Positions 1 to 9,279 of a stretch of DNA of 64,000 nt are shown piece after piece; position 1 is the stretch's first letter; each line of letters opens with the position of its first letter. Location of the stretch: the NCBI GenBank assembly GCA_964016885.1, contig OZ024743.1, forward strand, positions 31,744,001-31,808,000. Reading direction: 5' to 3'. A program made the position numbers and the translations under genes. Under the pieces are notes generated by a model. It did not search any database. It saw only the letters and a program-made list of their open reading frames with translations, and was not told where the DNA came from. This stretch comes from Eledone cirrhosa. Lineage: Eukaryota.

Positions 1-269
1 GTATATGTTGTAGAAAGGGTTTCAGTAGGATGTCCAGAAAGTTGCTAAGTCTGTGGGTTTCACATGTAGGGCCTGCTATAATTGGCCTGAGTTTTAGGTC
101 TTCTGGTGGTGTTAGTTCAATGTAATTGTTGGTTGAGGTGTCACATGCATCGTTTATGGGTTTACATTTGTGGAGTTTCGGTAAGCCGTAAAAAGAGCTT
201 GTATTGCATTTGAAGTGGCTTATATAGTTAAACTCTTTTGTGGTTAAGCTGTTGCGGTATTTATTCAGT
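1..269 (-). mobile_element. Penelope-like element reverse transcriptase N-terminal fragment (runs off window start), inverted relative to the adjacent endonuclease
   Basis: Manual minus-strand translation is open: LNKYRNSLTTKEFNYISHFKCNTSSFYGLPKLHK...DLKLRPIIAGPTCETHRLSNFLDILLKPFLQHI. FYGLPKxHK and LRPII are the PLE RT N-terminal motifs. Confidence 0.88.
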
Positions 270-785
270 ATTCTTGAAACACACAAGATCCTTAAAAGTA
301 AAAGACAACCCAAATCACTAAAACGCATTCTCACTGGACCAAATATACCCAAACCAATCCTCAACCCTACAGTTACCAAATGTGGTAGAACAAACTGTGG
401 AACGTGCCTCTACCTCACTGAAGGACAAAAATTTACATTTAAAGATGGCCAAACATTTACAGTAAAAAACAATTTCACCTGCAACTCGGAGAACTTGATT
501 TACGCAATAACTTGCGGTGGGTGCAAACACAACTACATAGGACAGACGGGCACCTCATTACGCAAAAGAATGACCATCCACCGCCAACAAATCCGGGACG
601 CTAGCACAAGAAAAATCCCCTTGAGCAGCCATATTGCGAACTGCGCAGGTATGACACTACCCAACTTTAAAATCTTCCCCTTCTACAAGTGCTCAGATTC
701 GTTCACACAGCAACAAAGAATAAACAAAGAAAATCTATTCCTTAACAAATTTAAACTAAAACTAAACGGGTTATCACCCCAATAG
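270..785 (+). mobile_element. PLE GIY-YIG endonuclease (Neptune-like, CX4CX2C knuckle), 5'-truncated
   Basis: ORF 240..785 contains KCGRTNCGTC, FTCNSENLIYAITCGGC-YIGQT, RxRxxxH and LSSH. Its first ~10 codons come from the inverted RT segment. Confidence 0.9.
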
Positions 786-1108
786 AATTGTCATAAAATA
801 TAAACACACATACGCACGGAGTGACAGATATATGTGTTTGTATGTGTGCATGTATATAATTATCACTACTATTAAAGACCAGAGACCAATTCTGTAGAAT
901 CAGGTTTATTCGTTGACAGACCATGCCTTTGTGTAACCAACACATCCATGTTAAACCCTGCACGTACACACACATATATCTATATATATATGCGCACACA
1001 GAATTCACCACTGTCGGTTGCGGGGCCCAATCTACATGAAGAACTAAATGTGATCAGAATGACTTGTATTTTAATTTCACTGCCCTAACTTCTTATATTA
1101 TGGAAACA

Positions 1109-1172
1109 ATATATGTGTATGTATGTATATATATATATTTGGAGGTCATTTCTCTGTGTGTGGGTGTATGTA

Positions 1173-1212
<40 letters not shown>

Positions 1213-1240
1213 TGCATGTGGATGTATGTATTGTGTGTGC

Positions 1241-1284
<44 letters not shown>

Positions 1285-1317
1285 GTGTATCTGGATGTAT
1301 GCGTATGTGTATATATA

Positions 1318-1348
<31 letters not shown>

Positions 1349-1503
1349 GTGTGTATGTGTATATATGTGTGTATGTATGTGTGTGTTTGTACGTGTGTAT
1401 GTATATATATGTGCGTGTGTATGTATGTGTGGGTGTGTGTATATATATCTGTATGTATGTGTGTGTATATATATGTATGTACACATATATATATATATAT
1501 ATA

Positions 1504-1562
<59 letters not shown>

Positions 1563-1655
1563 ATGTGCATATATGTGTGTGTGTATGTGTGTATGTATAT
1601 GTATGTGTGTGTGTATGTATGTGTGTCTATGTATATATATATGTATGTATGTGTG
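1109..1655. repeat. Compound (TG)n/(TA)n microsatellite in the PLE 3' region
   Basis: Directly visible. It explains the overlapping low-complexity ORFs. Confidence 0.95.
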
Positions 1656-1979
1656 GATGAAGGTATGGGTGTATATATAGGTGTAAGTGCACTAAATCCC
1701 TTTCTATCAATCTCCCCTCTCCTACCGAGCACAGGAAGATATATGTATGTATATTGCTTCCACCCCCTCACTGACCAGCAGCTGGCCATCTGGCCATTGC
1801 TAAATTTGACCTTTATAAAATAACCCACACCCAAATAACTTCTCATTCACTACCAGAAGCAGTCAACGAGCTGCTACCAAGATGAAAACTACTATGAAAT
1901 CCCACAATGAGTTCTATACTTGAATTTTCAAACCTCAAATTTTAACTCTTCTTATTATTAATTTTTCTTAATATTAATC

Positions 1980-2027
1980 AACATTTGAAAAGATGGCTTT
2001 TGCAGACCCATCGAAACCGGTCATTTT
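1980..2027 (+). ncRNA. Minimal hammerhead ribozyme candidate with U3:A8 core
   Basis: TTGAAAA-GATGG-(11 nt)-CCATC-GAAAC-CG-GTC. Stem III is palindromic (ACCGGT) and stem I is weak. It lies at the 3' end of the PLE. Confidence 0.6.
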
Positions 2028-2165
2028 TTATACCCTTTATTATTTCCTTACCTTATAAAATTATATGTTTTTTCATAAAAAAGTATTCTGTCTCTTATAT
2101 ATTCCATGTGCCATTACCACCCTCAATTTTCTCTATAACCTTCGTTTTGTGTAGTAAATTACACT

Positions 2166-2205
<40 letters not shown>

Positions 2206-2248
2206 TAGAAAAAGTGAGAATCACTGTTGCGACGAATGGAATTTATTG

Positions 2249-2343
2249 GACATATTACAATGGTTTCTCTGGCGATCAGCTCGAGGCACGATCGATGTGA
2301 TGATCGAACGTGACTCTGAAAATCGCACGTCCTCAGATACGTC
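2249..2343 (-). ncRNA. Type I hammerhead ribozyme with extended stem II
   Basis: Reverse complement reads GACGTAT-CTGAGGA-[~62 nt hairpin]-GAAAC-CATT-GTA-ATATGTC, giving a 7-bp stem I. Confidence 0.72.
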
Positions 2344-2385
2344 TTGATTTTACGAAGCAGATTTTCCTAATAGGAAAATCTGCTT

Positions 2386-2477
2386 CGTATCTGAGGACCT
2401 TGCGATTTTCAGAGTCAGGTTCGATCATTACATCGATCATGCCTCGAGCTGGTCGCCAGAGAAACGATTGTAATATG
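2386..2477 (+). ncRNA. Type I hammerhead ribozyme with extended stem II
   Basis: CGTAT-CTGAGGA-[63 nt hairpin]-GAAAC-GATT-GTA-ATATG. Confidence 0.7.
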
Positions 2478-2600
2478 TCCAATAAATTCTATTCGTCGCA
2501 ATACTGATTCTCTTTATTCTGTGATATCATACTCTGCTCAATGAGAGCATCGAGAGCTCATACGGCCTACCGCATACGGACGCTTTAAGCATCCAACACC

Positions 2601-2685
<85 letters not shown>

Positions 2686-2716
2686 AATATATATATTATA
2701 AAATATATATATATAG

Positions 2717-3197
2717 ATGAATGTATATTTGGTAATATACCGTATTTTTTATTAAAAATCTTTTGAAAACCATACGCTATCGGTTTTAATGTACTGACTA
2801 TGCCACTTACTTCTTTTCAGCGAAAGAAGGGAGAGAAGCTAATAGTCTGTTTCACGCTGTTTGGTTATTTTCAGAGCCACGCACTCCCTGATTCCGCCTT
2901 AAATTTTAGAAGCGGGATTCTTATAGAATTCCAGTAATAATCAGGAGCTGATTATACAGAGCAATTGCGGGTCCAGCAAAAATTAGGTATTAAGATTGGT
3001 GCCCTGAAATAGCGATGTATACATGAATGTATGTATAGTATATTTGGCAATATACCGTATGTTTAATTTAAAATATTCTGAAGACCATGCGCTATCGGCT
3101 TTAAAGTAGTGACTATGTCACTTACATCTTTTCGTCGAAAGAAAGGAGAGAAGCTAACAGTCTGTTTCAACTTGTTTGGCGATCATCAGAGCCACAC
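2717..3197 (-). repeat. Diverged direct repeat (~165 bp x2: 2717-2881 and 3023-3197), each copy carrying a minus-strand hammerhead motif
   Basis: Copies align by eye (TATATTTGG.AATATACCGTAT ... GAGAGAAGCTAA.AGTCTGTTTCA ... TCAGAGCCAC). Confidence 0.85.
3152..3193 (-). ncRNA. Minimal hammerhead ribozyme
   Basis: Reverse complement reads GGCT-CTGATGA-TCGCCAAACAAGTT-GAAAC-AGACT-GTT-AGCT, with weak stem II. The sister copy at 2837-2878 has a decayed core (CTGAAAA). Confidence 0.62.
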
Positions 3198-3221
3198 ATA
3201 TGGTATATACCCAAAAATGAA

Positions 3222-3462
3222 AGTACGCCTGATACTTAAATGTAAGTATGTACACGTACATACATATATGTATACAGACGTACACTGTACGGCTTAATTC
3301 AGGCTGTTTGTTTACAAACAAACCGAACATTATAATAAATGTTCGGGAAACCCATACGTACATATATATGTGTGCATGTGTGTATATATATACATACTAT
3401 TGTACATCTGTATACATATATGTATGTACGTGTACATACTTACATTTAAGTATCATCCGTAC
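3222..3462. repeat. Inverted repeat (~60-bp arms), with a partial direct duplication at ~3709-3870
   Basis: TGATACTTAAATGTAAGTATGTACACGTACATACATATATGTATACAGA pairs with TCTGTATACATATATGTATGTACGTGTACATACTTACATTTAAGTATCA. Confidence 0.85.
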
Positions 3463-3933
3463 TAAGAGTGAGCAATTTCATTTCATTTCATTCTTTTCCA
3501 TTTATCGTTTTCGGTACGCCGGCCGTCTAACTCACGCGATTTGCAAATTAGGCTGCTCAGCCGTTAATATGCATAAGGAAATTATATACTTTCAAACGTT
3601 AAATCATCTGATAGGAAGGTATACGATGCTGACGATAGCTAATAAGCTTGAAACTAGTTCATCGTTCCTTTTTCAGTGTTGAACAAAAGGGAAACGATGG
3701 TTGCCGAACACTGTACGGCTTAATTCTGGCTGTTTGTTTACAAACAAATCGAACATTACAATAAATGTTCGGTAAAACCATATATATATATGTGTGCATG
3801 TATGTATATCTATATACATACTACTGTACGGCTGTATACATATATGTATGTACGTGTACATACTTATATTTATATATATATATATGTCAAAATAAAGATG
3901 CGAAGGCATGCCATAAATTTCCAATAATTTTAA

Positions 3934-4007
3934 TCACGACACATGTTTCAATAAGGGATAGATCGATCGTGTGGTCATGATCGATTATCACTGAACTCAT
4001 CAGGTGA
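3934..4007 (-). ncRNA. Type I hammerhead ribozyme, 47-nt stem II
   Basis: Reverse complement reads TCAC-CTGATGA-[47 nt]-GAAAC-ATGT-GTC-GTGA, with canonical core and GUC triplet. Confidence 0.78.
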
Positions 4008-4118
4008 ATAATGAAATGTCTTCAAATCTTTGATATGAGGGAGGAAAAACTAACTCTATTGAGTGAACTTCGTTAGTTTTTCCTCCCTCATATCAAAGAT
4101 TTGAAGACATTTCATTAT

Positions 4119-4192
4119 TCACCTGATGAGATCAGTGATAATCGGTCATGACTACACGATCGATCTATCCCTTATTGAAACATGTGTCGTGA
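4119..4192 (+). ncRNA. Type I hammerhead ribozyme, 47-nt stem II
   Basis: TCAC-CTGATGA-GATCAGTGATAATCGGTCATGACTACACGATCGATCTATCCCTTATT-GAAAC-ATGT-GTC-GTGA. Stem III contains the palindrome ACATGT. Confidence 0.78.
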
Positions 4193-4595
4193 CTAAAATC
4201 ATTGGAAATTTATACCATGACTTCGTTTTAGATCATTTACATACTCCGTTTTACATCATCTAGCTGTTCCCTTAAATGGAATTGGAGATATACAAAGGCG
4301 TGGAGAACTTATTATTGCTAACAAAAGTTTATTGGACCGTATGACACAACCAATAATACACCTTACTATATATATATATATATATATATATAGATATGTA
4401 GATAAATATACCAAAATGTACGGTAGTGTCCAATCCGTATGAAGAACTCAATATAATCCGAATATCATGAAAAGAGAAGATGTATTCAAACATTTTATTT
4501 TTTTTTCGAAGAAAAACACAGGAAAACAGAGTCAAGATAAATTAATAAAAATAATGAATAGAAACAAAGAAACAGTTCCTTATATTAAAAAATTC

Positions 4596-4729
4596 ATCAT
4601 TTTACGATCGTTTCTAAGATATATATGTATGTGTTGGTATGTATATCATATAGATTTATGTAAAATTGTTACAAACTATGAGAGAGAATATACATACCTA
4701 CACATATATATGCTCTCTTCAGAAATAAT
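4596..4729 (-). ncRNA. Type I hammerhead ribozyme, ~101-nt stem II
   Basis: Reverse complement reads ATTATTT-CTGAAGA-[101 nt]-GAAAC-GATC-GTA-AAATGAT. Confidence 0.72.
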
Positions 4730-5502
4730 TGTTTCTACTTTCGGCACAAGGCCATCAATTACCCAGTACATTACTAGTACTTTATTTTATCGACCCCGTA
4801 AGGATGAAAGGCAAAGTTAACCTCGGCGGGATTTGAACTCAGAATGTAAAGGGACGTAACTATGCTAGAAAGCATGGCGTCCAACCCTCTACCGATACTG
4901 CCAATTCACCGCTGTTTTCAGAAATAATTGTTTCTACTTTAGGCATAAGGCCAGCAATTACCCAGTGCATTACTGGTACTTTATTTTATCGACCCCGTAA
5001 GGATGAAAGGCAAAGTTAACCTCGGCGGGATTTGAACTCAGAATGTAAAGGGACGTAACTATGCTAGAAAGCATGGCATCCAACCCTCTACCGATACTGC
5101 CAATTCACCGCTGTCTTCAGAAATAATTGTTTCCACTTTAGGCACAAGGCCAGCAATTACCCAGTGCATTACTGGTACTTTATTTTATCGACCCCGTAAG
5201 GATGAAAGGCAAAGTCAACCTCGGCGGGATTTGAACTCAGATCGTAAAGAGACGTAACTATGCTGGAAAGCATGGCGTCCGACCCTCTACCGATACTGCC
5301 AATCCTTCAGAAATAATTGTTTCTACTTTAGGCACAAGGCCAGCAATTACCCAGTGCATTACTGGTACTTTATTCTATCGACCCCATAAGGATGGAAGGC
5401 AAAGTCAGCCTCGGCGGGATTTTAACTCAGATAGTAAAGGGACGTAACTATGCTGGAAAGCATGGCGTCCGACCCTCTACCGATACTGCCAATCCACCGC
5501 CC
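4730..5502 (-). mobile_element. Four tandem tRNA-derived SINE copies (4730-4912, 4929-5111, 5128-5305, 5318-5502)
   Basis: Each copy has an A-box-like TGGCAGTATCGG, a B-box GAGTTCAAATCC (one mismatch in copy 4) and the GCCTTTCATCCTTACGGGGTCGATAAAATAAAGTACCAG core. Copies are separated by TTCAGAAATAAT. Confidence 0.92.
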
Positions 5503-5540
5503 TTTCCTTCAGAAATAATGATATTTGTTTATAACAAATA

Positions 5541-5678
5541 TCATTATTTCTGAAGACAGCATATATATGTGTAGGTATGTATATTCCCTCTGATAGTTTG
5601 TAAAAATTTTACATAGATCTATATGATATACATACCAACACACACATATATATCCTAGAAACGATCGTAAAATGATGA
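5541..5678 (+). ncRNA. Type I hammerhead ribozyme, ~101-nt stem II
   Basis: TCATTATTT-CTGAAGA-[101 nt hairpin]-GAAAC-GATC-GTA-AAATGATGA. Stem I is 9 bp and stem III contains the palindrome ACGATCGT. Confidence 0.78.
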
Positions 5679-5729
5679 ATTTTTTAATATAAGGAACTGT
5701 TTCTTTGTTTTTATTCATTATTTTTATTA

Positions 5730-5766
<37 letters not shown>

Positions 5767-5769
5767 TAG

Positions 5770-6760
5770 GGATTGAACAATTACATCATTCTTCGATATA
5801 GTCACCTTGCTTTTCGATGCTGGTTTTCAGACTGGTTGCACACCCATTTATGCATGACTTCCAACAATTCTTCATCCTTTGCAAATCAACGACCTCGTAC
5901 AGAATAATTGAGCGGTACAAAGAGGTGATAGTTGGAGTCAAGGAAATCTAGACTGTATGCTGTTTTCCAAGAACTTGAAACCGAATTTTTCATTTCTTTC
6001 AACGACGTGGCCGTCCGCATGTGAGTTTCCATTGTCGTCTAACAATAACCTTTGCTTCGACAATAGACCTCCGCATTTGGTGCAAATTGCTGGTATCAGT
6101 TTGCTGGCCAGCATTTCACAGTAACCTACAATAATGACTGTATAAACTCTTTCCGGTTAATTTTCATTCTACCGTGCCAAAGAACGGTTAGCATCGCTTT
6201 TTCTGCGGAAGATTGAGTTTTGAATTACTTTTTCAAAGGCGATTCCCTGTGTTTGGATTCCATAGACTGCTTTTGGTATTCTGGCTCAAAGTGATGGACA
6301 CAGGTCTCTTCGTCTATTCTCTCAAAAACGCACCCCTTTCATCCTTGTAACGGTTAAGTAGAGGTTGAAAGATCTCCCCACGATTGCGTTTATGTGCTTC
6401 CATAATGTTTCTTGGCACCCATCTCGCACAGAGTTTAAGGAAACGAATATTTTCATGGATGATTTCGTATGAAGAACCATGAGGAATTTGCAGTGAGCAT
6501 ACCCGTCCATCGCTGGTCTTTCCGTAGAGCACTTTCCCTGTATTGTACAGAAAGCCTACGATGAATCTCAGCCCTGATACACCTTCAGAACTGAGAAATC
6601 TGATCACTTTATGAAAGAAAAATAAAACTGGAGCCATCACAAAACAAACCTAAGTTACGTAACCACAGGAGTACCACTTTTTCTCAGGCGAGCAATGAAG
6701 ACAGAATGGCCAACTTGAAGTAAGTTTTGGGAGAAGTGCGGATAATGTTTGACTTACCCT
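5770..6760 (-). mobile_element. Degraded mariner transposon
   Basis: Minus-strand peptides IIHENIRFLKLCARWVPRNIMEAHK (WVPHEL-like) and DETCVHHFEPE (first catalytic D region), with frameshifts. Ends are approximate. Confidence 0.85.
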
Positions 6761-7054
6761 GGAAAATATATGTATTACTGTGGCAACATGTCTCTAGTCA
6801 CGATATTCATGGTGTCACTATTCCTTAACTTTTTGCGTTCACTCCGATGCGTCATTTATCATTTACTCACTCATCGAAAGCTTTGTGACAGCCTCCGATA
6901 ATTCAATTGTTCATCTGCTATTGTGCAGCTGCAATTTCAATTATACTCATTATATATATATATATATGCATGGGCACGTCTATGTTTTTCTCCCCAATCC
7001 TTTCTCATTTTCCCCGTTCCTTCTCATTACTCTTTACTTTCTATTTCTAATTAT

Positions 7055-7090
7055 CGTCTGATGAAGGATTAGTGTCCGAAACGTTAAGAC
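7055..7090 (+). ncRNA. Minimal PLE-type hammerhead core in a short solo terminal fragment
   Basis: CTGATGA-A-GGA-TTAGTG-TCC-GAAACGTTA, with palindromic AACGTT and poor stem I. Confidence 0.58.
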
Positions 7091-7160
7091 ACTCTCTTCC
7101 TGCTATTTCAAAAGTTAAATTAATATATTTCTGCCATGAACTGTGACCTTTTGTTATTAC

Positions 7161-7191
<31 letters not shown>

Positions 7192-7250
7192 CACATATAT
7201 ATATATATATATGAATTATAAGAATCAAAGAACTGTTCAATACATTTTTA

Positions 7251-7297
7251 TGCTTACAACTGTTCCCTCCAAACCGAGGTTTGGATTCTTCGGAGCA
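7251..7297 (-). ncRNA. Hammerhead motif in the inverted arm (GGAAC variant, likely inactive)
   Basis: Reverse complement reads TGCT-CCGAAGA-ATCCAAAC-CTCG-GTTTGGAG-GGAAC-AGTT-GTA-AGCA. Confidence 0.55.
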
Positions 7298-8964
7298 ATT
7301 TATTATTGAATGAGCACTTATATGACCTCCTTTTCACCCAAGAGATATACAGATACATATGCAAATATTGTGGGTCAAATAAATTTTGTAACCTCTGTAT
7401 ACTAGAGACCCACAATATTATATTCTCTAACCGTAAACTACTTAACAAAAAATCTGAAGTGTTTGCAACTTGCCAGCACCGCTTCAGACATTCCTTCCAA
7501 AACTTTAAGCCCAATATATAGCAATGTCGGACTTGAACCAAACACCACCTCTAGCATCAAACACCAGGGGCACACCTTATACCGCATACCCAACACTCAC
7601 TGATCTAATATAACACAAACAGCGACATCCCTCTAGAACCCTTCACAGGGGGAATACCCATTTGTACCTCTACTTTAGGTGTGACAACATCCAACCTCTT
7701 GAACTGCACTTCACCGCTCTATAGGTAATTTAAGCATGAATTGATTGTCTTGTTGGTGTTGTGCGAAGGAAGTGCCATCGTTAGACAAATGAAAAACGAA
7801 TGAATCTAGTAACGCTGATGAGCAGTATGACCGGTACGCTGAGTGCAGGGAATGAATGTATTGCAAGTTGCGTATGGGTTGTACATATATGGATGATTTG
7901 ATGGTCAGATTGGAGTCATGAGGACTGTGGATTGACCTCTGGTCGGCCCTGGTGACGATTATATTTCGACATCCAATGTAGCAAGCGATGACCCAGAACT
8001 TACCAGAGATCGTTGTGTGTTGAAGTGATTCTGCAATCACCGCGCCTGGTCCTTTGAGTGGACTGCAACCACAGAGATTATTAATTTAGAATCCTCGCTC
8101 GTCGTCTATAATATTCATTTGTGGCACTCTGCGATGGGGGTTAATCACCATAATAATACGAACACCTTCAGCACAACTTAATAGACTACTCTATAGTTAA
8201 AACACTTTAAATTTTAGAATTGTTTTAGAAATTGCGCATAACCATATAAGTTAGGGTCTATTTTGAGACACATTTTAATAGTTAGTAATAGAAACCTCGG
8301 AGTTACCTCCTCTCATGCATTAACTCCCCTTAGCCACACACACACTTCCGGGTAGTATTTCGATGTCGATTCTCGAAACGTAACATCCTCCTGTAATGAA
8401 CTAAAGAAGATCAGACTACGATTCTCTAACTGGATTGTCAAACGCTCAATATCGAATCGTCGTGGATTATGTGAGGGGCATATAATCTGAAAAATACACT
8501 GCCCAGACTATGAAAATGTCGAAGTACATGAAGTTCATATCATCGCTTCGCTGCGCATTTCCAATATTTTTAATATTTTTAATGCTTACACTATTTTTAA
8601 TGCTTATATTATTTCTCCACACACAGACTATAACAATCATATAAAGAATTTGTCACCAGATCAACCAACCTAACACTCTTGTTTACCTGCTTAATTTCTT
8701 CTACTACACGTAACTCTCTGTCACACTATATAAACAAGACGCACGTGCTTGCCACACATATAACCTTTGCACTATATAACCGCTTATTTTCATGTTGTAT
8801 TTTAACCTGTATTTTTGATCGTATCTTTTAATATGAATGTAATCTCTAAGTGTGTACTGCCACTCTAAATGCTGTAATGAATGTTGACCCACAATATTTG
8901 CATATGTATCTGTATGTCTCTTGGGTGAAAAAGAGGTCATATAAGTGTTCATTCAATAATAAAT

Positions 8965-9011
8965 TGCTCCGAAGAATCCAGACCTCGGTTTGGAGGAAAC
9001 AGTTGTAAGCA
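8965..9011 (+). ncRNA. Type I hammerhead with U4C core variant
   Basis: TGCT-CCGAAGA-ATCCAGAC-CTCG-GTTTGGAG-GAAAC-AGTT-GTA-AGCA. Confidence 0.68.
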
Positions 9012-9217
9012 TAATAATGTTTTGAACAGTTCTTTGATTCTTATAATTCATATAACTGCTCTGTAAATCATCTGATGTTTTTACATTGAGCTACTTAACT
9101 TACTGGTAATAAGGTAGTAATATATTACTGCCTACCACTATTTAGGGTTTGTATACAAATATATATAACTGCAAAAGGTTTTTGTATTTACATAACCATA
9201 AATAGTATAATTAATAC

Positions 9218-9279
<62 letters not shown>

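Larger units (their letters stand above)
2201..2608. mobile_element. Fold-back palindromic element (family A) with two divergent hammerheads, probably a non-autonomous PLE terminal-repeat derivative
   Basis: Imperfect palindrome 2201-2526 centred on GCAGATTTTCCT-AAT-AGGAAAATCTGC, plus an unpaired tail to 2608, flanked by (TA)n. A second copy lies at 60820-61233. Confidence 0.85.
3901..4225. mobile_element. Fold-back palindrome (family B) with two divergent hammerheads
   Basis: Near-perfect ~154-bp arms around a 17-nt loop at 4055-4071. Confidence 0.88.
4537..5735. mobile_element. Fold-back palindrome (family C) with two divergent hammerheads, interrupted by a 4-copy SINE array
   Basis: Arm 4537-4729 is the reverse complement of ~5543-5735. 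The centre at ~5510-5552 is CAGAAATAATGATATTTGTT-TAT-AACAAATATCATTATTTCTG. Confidence 0.88.
7208..9140 (+). mobile_element. 5'-truncated PLE: endonuclease tail plus long 3' UTR, bounded by ~170-bp inverted repeats (7208-7378 / 8884-9054)
   Basis: 7376-7521 encodes CNLCILE..I..LLNKKSEVFATCQH, the same C-terminal motif as the ORFs at 27708 and 37847. The arms are near-perfect reverse complements. Confidence 0.85.

Noticed and set aside
1064-1846. Long ORFs rich in CV/YI/HT, and poly-T/Y/S/V ORFs at 16573-17164 and 34008-34638
   Set aside because: They are translations of microsatellites, open in several frames and on both strands.
4730-5502. tRNA genes or a CRISPR-like array
   Set aside because: A/B boxes are followed by a SINE body with no complete cloverleaf, and the units are near-identical with no unique spacers.
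7815-7860. CTGATGAG motif
   Set aside because: No correctly placed GAAA or stem III downstream.
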